Below are positions 31,606 through 53,202 of a stretch of 64,000 nucleotides of DNA, in pieces. The notes beneath the pieces were generated by a model, which saw only the letters and a program-made list of their open reading frames with translations, was not told the DNA's origin and searched no databases. Every line of letters begins with the position of its first letter. Within the stretch, counting starts at the first letter, position 1. The stretch is from Dimorphilus gyrociliatus (taxonomy: Eukaryota > Animalia > Annelida), in assembly GCA_904063045.1 (NCBI GenBank), contig CAJFCJ010000014.1:62001-126000 (forward strand), written 5' to 3'. The translations under genes were made by a program, and so were the position numbers.

Positions 31606-33297
31606 ATGAATAAAGAGAGGAACGGGGAGATTGGAAGAGGCTTTTGGAAAAGTGGTCTACAGTTTTTCATATGGAATATAGGTTTTGATAACGGGTTTCA
31701 AACCATGTTCCGTTTACCCTATTATATCTATAGGTATGGTTCCCTTTTTTTTATACCCTATTTGGTGACCATGCTTCTTGTGATACTGCCGGTTTGTTAC
31801 TTCCAACTAGTTTTTGGACAAATGGGTGGAACGGGTATTCTAACAATATTCAAAGATAATCTAAGTGGTAGAGGATTCGGATACGCGATATTCACCATGA
31901 GTTTTTTAGGTACTGTTGAGACTATTTTCATTGCCAGTCAGTTTCTAGCCTATTTAGGTGTTTCGTTCTCGGGGATATTCTATGGAAGTTTCTGGTCCAC
32001 CTGCAGCAACGTATACAATACAGCAAGGTGTAAATTATTTGAAGAGAAATGGATACGTTACGACCGTCTATACAATTATACCTACAGTGCTGAACCCGAT
32101 AACACTCCCAGTTTGGAATTCTACCGTGGTTTCATACTGGCAGAAGAATTAGGAGATGGAGAACGGAACGATTTTATTCGTTACGATTCATTTTCAATTC
32201 CATTGTCGATTGCGCTTGCTACCTGTTTCGTTCTGTGCTTTTTTTCCATTAGTAGAGGTATTAAATGGTTGGGAAAAATATCATATTTTCTTGCATCTAT
32301 ACCGTTAATCCTCATGTCAGTACTTTTAACGCGAACCTGTACACTGCCCGGTTTTAAAGGTGCTCTCAAGTGGATTTACTTGCCCAGTTGGAGTAGTCTA
32401 GCCACTGTGCACTTTTGGTTTGACGGTTTTATGGCGGCATGGAGTAGTTACGATTGTATGGGTTGTACCACTATCGTTATGTCTTCGTTTTGCAAACGAA
32501 ATATCAATTGTTTTCAAGTGGCTTATTTAAAAGTATTAGCAAAAATATTTACCAGTCTCTTATCTGTTTTGTTGGTATTTTCCACACTATCCTTTCTAGC
32601 CTACGAACAGAATCTTCCCATGGATAGAATAATCACTTCCGGAAGCGAACTTTTTTTTTTACCTATGAACAGCAGTTTTACGCTTACAAACCAACCCTAT
32701 TTATGGTTATGCCTATTCTATTTTACAATATTTCTATCATTCTTCGTTAATATTATATCGTGTCTTGAAAGTTTAATAGCTTCGATTATGGACCTTCAAC
32801 CAGCAATTTGGTCGAAATCGATTGCTAAACGTGTACTAATTAGATTCATATTTTGCCTTGTAGTCTTTTCGTGCGTCATACCTTTGCTCATTGGCGGAGT
32901 TGGAGAAGGTATATCGCTTAGTATTGATATTGGCTTAGGTTCGGCTAATATAATACTACTGGTTCTCTTTTACTCTTACATGATCGTCTTTTACAATATT
33001 CGGACTTTGACTGAACAATACGAGAATACCTTTGGTAAAAGATTAAATATACTAGCTAGAATATTTTGGGCGGTTCCTGTTCCAGCCATGTTTTGGGCTT
33101 GTTTAGGATATCGAATTATAAGCGGCTCACTCGCGCCGTTTATGTATAAAAATTCAATTTTGTTGTATATAATCCAATGGGTGGTGATTCTCTTTCCCAC
33201 TTCACTTGCGGTTGGATTTCTGTGCACGAAAATAAAGCATTTGCTAATCGCGTGTAAACTTATTACTCCTGCTTCCCAATTCTACGAGATGGAGTGA
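31606..33297 (+). CDS. Divergent SLC6/NSS (sodium:neurotransmitter symporter) family transporter, intronless, 563 aa
   Basis: About 12 hydrophobic segments; FRLPYYIYRYG..FFIPY, FGQ, EL2 WSTC-x8-C, GIKWLGKISY, ISCLESLIASIMD. Confidence 0.88.
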   Translation: MNKERNGEIGRGFWKSGLQFFIWNIGFDNGFQTMFRLPYYIYRYGSLFFIPYLVTMLLVILPVCYFQLVFGQMGGTGILTIFKDNLSGRGFGYAIFTMSFLGTVETIFIASQFLAYLGVSFSGIFYGSFWSTCSNVYNTARCKLFEEKWIRYDRLYNYTYSAEPDNTPSLEFYRGFILAEELGDGERNDFIRYDSFSIPLSIALATCFVLCFFSISRGIKWLGKISYFLASIPLILMSVLLTRTCTLPGFKGALKWIYLPSWSSLATVHFWFDGFMAAWSSYDCMGCTTIVMSSFCKRNINCFQVAYLKVLAKIFTSLLSVLLVFSTLSFLAYEQNLPMDRIITSGSELFFLPMNSSFTLTNQPYLWLCLFYFTIFLSFFVNIISCLESLIASIMDLQPAIWSKSIAKRVLIRFIFCLVVFSCVIPLLIGGVGEGISLSIDIGLGSANIILLVLFYSYMIVFYNIRTLTEQYENTFGKRLNILARIFWAVPVPAMFWACLGYRIISGSLAPFMYKNSILLYIIQWVVILFPTSLAVGFLCTKIKHLLIACKLITPASQFYEME

Positions 33298-33690
33298 AAG
33301 ACGTCAACCTTCTTCTTCGTGGTTAAAAAATCAGAAATAAACATTTAAATTCAGTGGTATTGAATGTATTGTTCAAAATTAATACGAGTCTATGCATAAA
33401 TGTTTGTAAATACATGTCTGTTTGAAATAATAACAAACTGCAATTGTCAATTTTCACATCTCTTGTTTTCCTCTGTTTCTCTCAATGTCCATTAAAACTG
33501 TTAGACGTTATCTTTCAATTACACAAATATTGAATTTATCGACATTTTTTCCATCAATAAAGGACAGAGAATACATCCAAAAGATTTTCATTTTAGCATT
33601 TTTTTTGTCAATTTAACGATCTTTCAAAAAAGAGAAATTGCAAAAATTTTCTACCAATTTTTCAATATAGATAATTCTTTTAAGCGGTCT

Positions 33691-33725
<35 letters not shown>

Positions 33726-34596
33726 TATCTATCTATCTATCTATCTATCTATATTATCCATCTTTCTTAAATCTTTTCTTTCTCCTACTCTTTTTCTTTA
33801 AATATTATTCATTTAATTCAATTTTCTCATATTAGATAATTCTTACGACTGCTATCAATAGTTGTAATAATAGGAAATAATAACAATAATAAAATAATAA
33901 TAATAATAATAATAATAGGCCTAATATTGATTATTGATTCAAGAGAGTTAAAAGGAGAGAAAGACAGTTAGTAATAAAATTCAATGATAATGAAACTTTG
34001 TGGAATAATAAAGAAGACGGAGAGAGAGAGAGAGAGAGAGAGTAGGGATTGGGGAGAAAAATGACAAAAGAGTTAATTAATAATAGAACCAGACAATCAA
34101 GATAGTTGAGAGAGGAATTAAATAAAAATGAAAAGAGAAATGATTGGAAACTTTACCGTGACAGAAAGAAGAGGAAAGTAAAGAAGATGGTATAGATGAG
34201 GGGGTTTCAATTCAGACAATTTAACGCACTCCTCTAATATACAACACATTTCTGAATAAATATATTGAATATCACGTATATTCAGCAGCTATATACGCTT
34301 GTATATACTGTGTATAGGCCCATTAGCATAAATTAGCTACATGAAAAGAAATTATCGAACAAACCAGAGTTATAGGTCTAGAAAAATGATTGCGAAATAA
34401 CAAAATGTAGTTTGTCAATTGGTTGAATCATTTTTTATAGCGTTTCTTTTTTGTCTTTAATTGTGCAATATTTCTATTGTTTAGATAGTTATGATACTGT
34501 GGTATTTCATATAGTCTACTCTATATAATGTTTATATAATTTCATTGCTTTTGCTCTCATTTTCTCTTCCTTTCTCCATTCTTCTAGTCTTGTAGG

Positions 34597-36360
<1,764 letters not shown>

Positions 36361-36958
36361 TTAACTCGATTAAATCGTAAAAGTTAACGTTTCGTCTCCT
36401 TCTTGAACGAAAATCAACAAGTTTGTTTGTTTGTTAGATTTTTTTGAACAGCTGTCAAGCAAGAAAGAAGAAAAAAACAGAGAGAGAGAGAGATATATAT
36501 ATATACAGTATATTGATTTGAAATTCAAAATATTCAAGTTCAATTATTTGAATGGAATATCTGTATCTTATCGTTCAATTTATCCTATCTGCATCTCTCT
36601 GACCTGCAGCTTGTTCGTTATGTATGTTTCTCCTCCTCCATTTGATTTAATAGAAAAACATACGAAAAGATTAATGGGGGCGTTGTTGTGTTTTTGTCGT
36701 ATTTCGATATTCGTAGGCCTTCCCAGAGCGATAAGCCACATTCTCTCATGTATTTAAAATATTATTGCGCATTTCGTAAAAAAGACATTAGGTCACGCGA
36801 TTATGACTCTTACAGAAACATTTGCAGGCCAACTGCTGGAATAACAAATATATTTGCGTGTAACAGAAAGACGAAGAGATTAGAAAGAGGGAGGGACTGA
36901 GGGAGGAGTAATACTATATAGTATAAAGCATAAGAATTCATTGTCACGTGCTTCCTAT

Positions 36959-37846
36959 TCATCTGTCGATTATCTTTAAGATATCGGCTAATTTTTTACA
37001 GCAGTTTTTAAGGCAAATTCCACAATCTACTTGATTTTCTCTGTGATTTTTACATTCGTCGCATAGAATTTCCATTCCTGGAAAGGTCGTTGGCTTTTTC
37101 CTTTCGATCACCATACGAATCTCGCGAAGACTTTCCGTATTCTTTTCGTATTTTTCACATTTTTCTATTAATAAATTAACCTTAAAGTCTTCGTCCAATT
37201 CGTTGAATCCTTCCTTAAGAAGGCGGGAAGTTGGACAACGTTTCATATAGCCTAAACAAGATTCTTTTAATCTATTCAAGTTGAACTTTTCGCCAATGAT
37301 ATAATTTTGAACAGACGCCGATTCGGAGAGTAAATATTGTTCGCATCTTTCGATGAGATTATCCATTTGGTACTCTTGAACGAGAGGCAGTAGGAGATGA
37401 ACATTTTCCTCTAAAGTAAACAGTATACGTATATACAGTATACCGTATATACAGTATATAAATATAATATATAATCTCTGATAAGCCAACAACTTAATAG
37501 GCCAAGAGAGACGCCCTTCAATATTTACTAATACTGTATACTTAGCGCAAAATATCGTATACTATTTATATATACAGTATATACTTATATTAATATATAC
37601 ACTACCATTTATTTCTGAGCAGGGTGGATGAACAACTTTGCAGAATTGCAGTATTGCGTCATAAAATTTGCCAGGTAATTCGATTTCTTCGGCGTCTTTT
37701 TCCTTGAAATTTTTAGAAAACATGGCTCTAAAAACCGGTGACCACATACAAAAAATTAGTTTATTGGCATAAACTAGTTTATTTTCCACTTTCAGCTTGA
37801 TGTCGCTATATTCCCAGGGTTTAGTAAAATCTATATCTTGTGTCAT
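36959..37846 (-). CDS. BTB/POZ domain protein, 230 aa, 2 exons, with a Cys-rich tail
   Basis: Exons 37606-37846 and 36959-37410; SDIKLKVENKLVYANKLIFCMWSPVFRAMF is a BTB signature; tail CDEC..CGIC..CC. Confidence 0.9.
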
Positions 37847-38324
37847 CTTGAGATTTGATAGAAATCGTTATTTATAGGACTAGAATATTGCAGTTGAAGG
37901 CGAAATTTATACGAAAATACCACAATTTTCTAGCTCTATTTCCTTTTCTCTTTCTTACTCAGTCACTCACTTATTCCGTCTCTAGTACTATCAGTCCTAT
38001 TTATAGCCTAGGCGGGCGGTTAGCGGAGAGGAATACGTAGTCTGCAACAGAGAGGTTACAAACCATTTATCACGTGATAAAACCTGCGTGTAACTTATAA
38101 GTTTATCTGATTTCTAAAGATGCTGCGGGTGGAGGAAGCGGAAGAGGAAGAGAATTCAATTTATCTTTATTATTACTTAAAAAGTCGTTTATTATTTGTT
38201 AAAGAAAAACAAAAAACATTGATATGAATGTATAAAGGAACGTTAAGGACAATCATAGTTGTCTGTCTGGAGGAATAGATAGATAGATAGATAGATAGAT
38301 AGAAGGGCAAACAAACAAAAAAAT

Positions 38325-39501
38325 TCAAGATTCTTCCATTTCAATATGTTGAATATGCTTGGAAGAAGAAAATTGCAAGGATAGAGATTGCTGAAATTGT
38401 TTAGGGTAGAATTTTCGAAATAGGAAAATCCTCAGGGAATAGAAACCGTAAAAGATGAAATGTACTACTGGAATACCAACAAATAATATAATAATGACGT
38501 ACAAGGCGGCCTTTCCTGGGTCTTTTGAATAATCTATAGTTGAGTATATATACGGTTTCCCAAGCATATTTAATCCACCGGAAGCGTCGTATATTATCGA
38601 GAATATTACGTAAATAAGTCCCAGAATCATAGACTGATAAATATGCAAAATCCTTATAGGAATTGCCACTAAAGCAGAATCGACCATTAAATAAATCATT
38701 GTGACGGCGTGAGTGAGAAAGTCCAAATATAGAATGGAACCACCTAAATAGGAATAGGTAAGGGAATTTTTACAGATACGAAAACGGAAGAGAGAGAGAG
38801 TGGTAACGCCCTTACCCGAATAGAGCAGGACCCAGAATGCAATTCCAGTGAGCATCGGTACATTTGTATTTAAGTTGTAAACAACCCAAACAAATTTGTA
38901 AAAGAAACCCAAGCTTTTTTCTAAATGATGGGGAGTAGAAGAGAAGGAGAAGGATTAATATGAATATTTAATAATCATGTATTAAAAACCTTTTGTAGAA
39001 TTGATTTCGTCGGTCACTTGGTTGTCAGTATCAGCTTTCTCCTCTCTTTCCACCCGTTCATTTGCCTGAAAGAGTTTACGAGTACAGGCCGCTAGCTGTA
39101 CGATTGTTGAGAATGTAATGAAGAAAAAACTCCAATTTGTCAGATAGATAAACCATCTAATCCTATGGAAGGGAATTTGACATTTTGATTAATTCATATA
39201 ATTAAAAAAAAAGTAGAGGGGAAGATGAGGAAGAGATAGATTTAAAGATATTTTACCTGTATTTGTTTGTGTTTTCCTTTAACCATTGGGAATGAGGATT
39301 TGCACCAGTTAGAATAATAATAACAATATGATATATTGCTATTAACAGACGATAAATAAAGAAACTTATTTTGTTTATAAATGGCCATTGAGAACTTTCA
39401 AAAGCGTCTTTTTTAACATTCTTTAATCCAAAATTTTCGCATGAAAATTCAAATCTACAATCACAAATTCCCAATCTATTTTCTTCGTTGGAGACAACCA
39501 T
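38325..39501 (-). CDS. Rolling stone-like multipass membrane protein, 337 aa, 3 exons
   Basis: Exons 39257-39501, 38990-39162, 38325-38920 are in frame; SQW..YR, RWFIYLTNW, THAV, PIRILH, YIYSTIDY motifs. Confidence 0.82.
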
Positions 39502-39866
39502 ATTTGCCAGTCTCTTTTTTCTTCTCTTTTCTCCCTCCTTCCTCTTCTTCTGTTTCGGTCAGGAACTGTGCCTTAAGGATTATTTCATTTTTATTCACAC
39601 ACACTCTCTCTCTCTTTCTCTGTCTCTCTCCCTTCTACGCCAATTTTCACCCAACTCCTTTTACTCACTTACTCATGCAGCAATATTTTTTATAACAGAA
39701 AAACAACTCGATAAAAGCCTCTAGCAGACGATTTAATTGAATGGCAACAAAAGAAGGCAAGGTTTTTATTTAACCGCCTATATGCGGAATGTTTTTCCCT
39801 TTTCTAGGGAATTTGAACAAATAGACAACAATCTATTCTGTTCATCTTTTTCTGTCTGTCTGTCTG

Positions 39867-39911
<45 letters not shown>

Positions 39912-40240
39912 CAATTAAATAACAAACTATTTAAATATGTTGCTGCTCCACTCTTTTGCTAATGAAATTGGCAACATGTTTCTATCAAAAGTATTGATTG
40001 GTTAGTTATAAGTCGACCCATATGAAAAGGTCATCGTTTTTCTTTTAACCTTGTTCTGGTTCGCTTTTTGTTTTTTTTTTATATGCTAATTTATTAATAG
40101 AACGTACAAACGACATATGAAGAAGTGAGTACTACGTTCCTTCTTCGTTGACGATACAACATCCAAGAAGGTGAGACTGATTGTACAATAATATCGGGGA
40201 CAAAGGAAAATAGATGGAGAAATTGGACTAAAACGCTTCT

Positions 40241-41224
40241 CTAAACGGATGATCTCGATTTGTTGCTTAACGTTTCAGTAGATTTACAATGTCGAACGTT
40301 TAAAAAGAAACGCTTGTAGGCTTGACGAAATCTCCTGTGAGTTGCGTATAGGAAAGGGTTAATAGTTGAGTTGAGGTGGTAAAATGAAGTAAAGATTAGA
40401 TAGAAGGGTCTGCCTGACTTGGTTGTGAAGGGGTCGAAAATTAATGCCAGGCTCATGGGGCTGAGACAAAGGAATAGGACTATAGATACTAGGAAGAGGG
40501 TTTTCGCTAGACGAATTTCATCTTTGAGCACTCGCTTTTTTGATGATTTGTCCATCTTCCTGATCATTGTCTTAATCATGTGAACGCGACAGAAAATGCT
40601 CATATTAAACCCTATGACCGTAGCTATCGGAAAAAATACAACAACGCTATTCCAGAGGACGAAGAATTTTTCATTTAGCCGAATATTGCAGAGAAAATGA
40701 CTTGCATAGTATCCCAGATCTCCCATACCGATCCACCAAGGAAGAATATCTAGGAAGCCATAAGCCCAAATGAGAATAATGAATAGAAATGTGCCCGTTC
40801 GACCAAAATATGTTGGATACAAGTGAGGTCTAGCGATATAAAGCCACCTATTAAATGAAATAATAGCCAATGCTGCGGGACTAGCAATACAGCAAAAATT
40901 GCAAACAAGACCGAAAGCGTCGCATATTATATTCCATGGATAGATTTCAAATAATTCCTTTCCGTTCCAAAGAGCTCCCGCCAAAACGGTAAATTGGCTT
41001 AGAGCGCATATGAGCAAATCGAAAAAGCCGAGTTGAAGAATGAGAAAATTAGCCGACGTCCATAAAGAGTATTGCGAAATGATTATAAATATAACTAAGA
41101 GATTGCCTAGCGTACCAAGTACTGCAGCTATTAGATCAATAAGCCAAAAGCTAACGATAATTACATCTGAAACAGTTAGCTCAACATCTTTCCAGTAACT
41201 ACTACCGTTGTATAAAATCACCAT
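40241..41224 (-). CDS. Rhodopsin-class GPCR (melatonin-receptor-like), intronless, 327 aa
   Basis: Seven TM segments; GTLGNLLV, LGFFDL, SFNRW at the DRY position, LCLSP, NSTINPFLY; first ATG at 41224. Confidence 0.9.
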   Translation of the reverse strand: MVILYNGSSYWKDVELTVSDVIIVSFWLIDLIAAVLGTLGNLLVIFIIISQYSLWTSANFLILQLGFFDLLICALSQFTVLAGALWNGKELFEIYPWNIICDAFGLVCNFCCIASPAALAIISFNRWLYIARPHLYPTYFGRTGTFLFIILIWAYGFLDILPWWIGMGDLGYYASHFLCNIRLNEKFFVLWNSVVVFFPIATVIGFNMSIFCRVHMIKTMIRKMDKSSKKRVLKDEIRLAKTLFLVSIVLFLCLSPMSLALIFDPFTTKSGRPFYLIFTSFYHLNSTINPFLYATHRRFRQAYKRFFLNVRHCKSTETLSNKSRSSV

Positions 41225-41633
41225 ATTTTCTTTCACTTTCTTTTGCTTCTTCTCTTTTCGAACAGTGTTGAAATGCTTATAAATTCAACAGTCATTCCCT
41301 TCAACTTGACACAATTAGTTATGCCGAAGCTTTCATTTAATCATAAATAACTAATGACGTCACAGTTTCCTATATAAGTCCATTTACAAGATGGATAGCG
41401 AAAAATTGCTGCTAAGAGAAACTTTCAAGCCTATATCCGCTGTTTCTATATTATATATTAATTGTGTATGAAAAGTAATAGTATAGTCTCTGTTTTCTCT
41501 GTTAAAATGCCGCTTTTCCCCGTTCCCTCTTTGTAAGACTGGAAGACTGGCGAAGACACTGAGAGTTGGATAGATGGATGAATGGATAGATAGATAGATT
41601 AGCAAAGGAGAAAATAAACAACTGTCAATTATA

Positions 41634-41682
<49 letters not shown>

Positions 41683-42111
41683 TGTATATGTATATATATT
41701 TAAAACGTATAAAGTCTATACATGTAGTTAGAGTTTTAGTTTAGCGTCTCTTTGGTCGAGCCAAGAAGAAACAAAGCCAGTTGGCTGATTGTGTATGTAT
41801 GTATATACTGTATATATATAAATTTATATACAGTATATATATATATAGGTGTGTGTGTGTATGTGTGGCAAGAAGATTCTTCGTAGAACTCTTTTCCTTT
41901 TTTCAAATTACGTAATACATTGCAGGACATGTATACAGGGTAAATAACATATACAGTATACATAAGGAAAATAGACACTCTTCTCCTTCTTTCCCGTCTT
42001 CCCTCGCCAAAGGAGAAGATAATAAAAAAAGAACTGAAATACTGAAATTAGAAAACGTTCTTCACTTTGAAAATATCAAAGACAAGTTTGTCTATTCTCC
42101 GTCTTCTTTAT

Positions 42112-49135
<7,024 letters not shown>

Positions 49136-50479
49136 CTATCTATCTATCCCTCCCTCTCTCTCACTCTCTCTCTCTCTTTCTCTCTCTCTCTCGCTCTCTC
49201 GCTCTCTCCCGCTCTCACTCACCCTCTCTTTCTTCTTTCCCTTCCCGCTCTCCTTTCTTTCCTTTCTATCTTTCTTTCTTACGCTCTAACTCTTTCTTTC
49301 TCTAATCGTTTCGTTTCTCTTTTTCCGTGTCGTTTAATCTGCAATTCCAACAGCGTCACTTTAGTTATCAGTTAATGGATTTAGTAATAAATTACGTTTA
49401 ACGTATCATTAGACTATGAAGTCAAATAGCAGATATAAATATTAATAATGACAATAGTAATTGGTAGCGGCGAAAGAAAAACAAGAGGATAGGAAGACGG
49501 AGGAGGAGGAGGAGGAGGAGGAGGAGGATAAGAATGGACAGATAAAGCATAAAGAAAGATTAAACTGTAAATAACGTTAAGATAGATTGATAGAGAAAAA
49601 GAAAGTAATACATTTCTAATTTCACTATATTTTCACTGCAACTTTCTTTTTTCTTTATAGAAAGTTTCTTTGCCTTGTAAGTCTTCTATTTAGTGGGTAA
49701 AAGAAATTGCTAAGTACCAGTCTGCTAGACAGTTTTCCCTCTTAAAGAATTCTATTAAATACTAAAAGGAGTATATGCTTCTTCTTTATTCAACATCTCT
49801 GATATACTGCGTACACAGGATAGACATAAGACAAAAGTGAAAAATTGACTAATCTACGCAAGTGAAAGATTAAATATTCAAATAAAATATACAATAAATC
49901 TGTCTGTCTGATATTTTTTGCAATTCAAAAATTTTTATGCGTTCTTAACCGTTAGGGGGACCACTATTCACTCATTCACTCACTCAGTCACTCATGCAAT
50001 CTTTTTCTCTCTCAATTTCATAATTGGCGTTTTGTGTTTGAGCCTTTAGATCCGACCATTATGGATCATTAACTTTGCGCTGCAAAATTTTTTCCTCTTA
50101 CGAAATAACAATTTTATTGATTTTCCTCAAAATAAAGTAACGCTCCATTCTCAGACACTCTTAACTTTGCTAACCTCTCTCCCACTCGTCCTCCTTGTGT
50201 TTCGTATAATTATGACATACACCATTATTGCTATTACTACTATAATTAACTATTCTCATTAAATACTTCATATAATCATTTCTTTAAAGGAATATAACGT
50301 TAAACATAAATTAATTGGAAGGAAGGAAGGAAGGAAAGAAAGAAAGGCGATTGAACGAACGAACGAGCGAACGAACGAACGAACGAATGAACGAACGAAT
50401 GAGTGAATAGACTATAGAATGGATTTGGTGGGCAGTCTATACTTGAGGACAATAGGATTGAGTAAATTCATAAATAAAA

Positions 50480-50511
<32 letters not shown>

Positions 50512-51964
50512 AGAAAAGAGAAGAAAAGAGAACGAAGCGAAACGAACGTAAAAAGTTAACGATGATAAAGATAAAAGTTTTCAAAAATTTAGTAGAAAAC
50601 TTGAACATTCGGCTATTTTATACTTCTTCTATCTATCCTTCATTCACCACCATTAATATCCTCTTTTCTTATTATTGGACTTTTTCTGGGCAAATGTTTA
50701 CTCTAAGTTTAAGCCTATTTCAAAGAAGATTTTTATTTATAATGGAGAATAGCTAACCTGTCAATCAAATCTATTTTGATAATTTGACATAACGAATATA
50801 ATACTGTACTTATTACTAATATTTAATTGTCTTTATGAAGACGTCTAATATATTCGATTGAGCATTCAGTTTGAAATAGTAGGCCCAATCTTCTTCTCGC
50901 TGATTGATTTTTTTTGCCCCCCTTAGTTGCTTTACTTTGTCATTACTAGCTGATTGTACTAGTTTGTTATGGCTTATCATTAGAAATAACTGTAGTCGAC
51001 TATTACCAAAAAGAAAGAAAACATGTTCTTTGTTATTATTAATATTGATAGGGGAAGAACAACTACCACCAACAACCACTTTGGCTACTAACTGAGTGGC
51101 TCGGAGGTGTTCGCTCTAGGAACAAAGGACGGCGACCTCATTTGTCGCTTAGACTTGCTAATTTTACTTATCTATTGCTCTGCTCGTTACGAAAACAACA
51201 ACTCTTAACATGTACAAATAACAAATAAACGAATTATCTACTTTGTTTCTATTGAAAGTATTTAATGATTTTGTGAATATTCACAAACTAACTACGGCTC
51301 TAGTCTTGAGACTTTTCAACAGCGATTGCTTAGTTAATAGTCATTTTATAGGTTAGTTTATGTAGACCATATTGTAACGGAATATAAAAGGGCCTATATA
51401 AGAATTGCGGGTCAAACTATTGGGAAAGATATACGGAAATACGTAGTGTATACCATGTGATTAGAACGTTGTCATAGTCACGCGATTCATTTCTTAATGC
51501 GGACCAATAGGTCTACGTTGACTGGTTTTTAGTAGTTTGTTTGGGAGTAGGATTTAATTTCTCCTTGAAAAGAGAGAGAGAGAGAGAGACAGAGAGAGAA
51601 AGAAAGCGGTGGAGAGAGATAGAGACACGAAGGGAGATGAGTGAGAAGGAAAAAGATGGAGACACATTCAAGTAAATTTAGACGAGTACTGCTGTATATT
51701 TTCGTAGTAGTCAATTTGACAATATGAACGAAACTATTCAATTATGCAAATAATATATTTTCTATGAAGAAAAGTGGAAAGGGTTTGCCTTTTAACAATT
51801 CCATCTGCAACCTTTTCCCGCCACTTCGTAAACTCGATTGTTATTTCTAATTGCGAATAAAGTAACAAGTAGAAAATAAGGGGAACAGCTAATAATTCGG
51901 TCTGCTGTAAAATAACAAAAAAAACCTCTGCGAAATTGCGTACAAAAAGTAAATTTTTTCCCTT

Positions 51965-52010
<46 letters not shown>

Positions 52011-52393
52011 CCCTTTTCTGGATCTTCTTCTCTGCTTCCATCTATGCTTACACCTCTCCGTCTCGCTTTTCTATCAATAAAGAGTGAAATTTGACTAAAC
52101 AAGGCAAACAACCATCTTTCTTTCTTTCTTTCTTTTTTTCCCATGTATATTTACAACTTATTTTTACTTTTTTTATGGCTTATTTAAATATTTTTTCAGG
52201 TGAAAAATAATGATTTTATCACGTAATAAAATGAAAAATACAGGTAAAAAAATTTTATTGATAAGATAATGAATTTAGAATTTTCAATCTTTTTTCTTTT
52301 TTGCAACTAATTGCTCGTGAAAAATTAACTTTTTTGATTTATTAATATCATATTTTAGCCTATTTAAAATTCCCATTATTGCTGTTCTTATAC

Positions 52394-52431
<38 letters not shown>

Positions 52432-53163
52432 CATCATCCTTTTTGTCAACTGCTATAAGCGTTTGTGTTAGCAATTAAAGGTACCAAGACTTATTTTTGG
52501 ATCTAGAAGAATAATAACACTAGTTGTAATATTAATAATAAATAATAATATAGTCCATCTGCCAAGGTTTTATTCTCCTCTAGTCTTTACGTGTTAATTT
52601 TTATATTGGATTTGATATTTATAGGCAACTGTTTACATTCAATTCTCCAGCCTACGATAAGCGGAAAAGTATAGAAGAAGAAGAAGAAGAAGAAAAAGAA
52701 GAAAAAGACTGGAAGGCAAACGGGAGAATATTTATTCATTTTGTTTATAGACCAATTTACTGGTACATAATTCAAGTGTATACAATAGCAAAGGGAGTAA
52801 TTTACTGCATAGATGTTGCGTGCTTTAATCGTTGATGCTAAATCAGTAATCAACATTTTTATAATTAGCAGACGAATGGTTGCATCTGCTCTTAGTTTCT
52901 TTTTTTTTATTTATCTCTAAATATTTCTCTCCTTCTCTTCTAAATTTATTGCTCTTCCCCTTCATTTAGACTATCTTCTTTCCTCCATTCACTCGTCCAT
53001 TATCTTTACATGGGGCGGGTGTTTAACCTACCTAATTTTTTGGCCTATGTCTGTTATTGACACACGGCTGCTATAAAGTTGAATAGCAGTATAAATAAGT
53101 AAGTCTACTAATTCTATTGTTCATTTGCTAGAAAAATACAGTATAAGCGTGGATGTACAGTTT

Positions 53164-53202
<39 letters not shown>

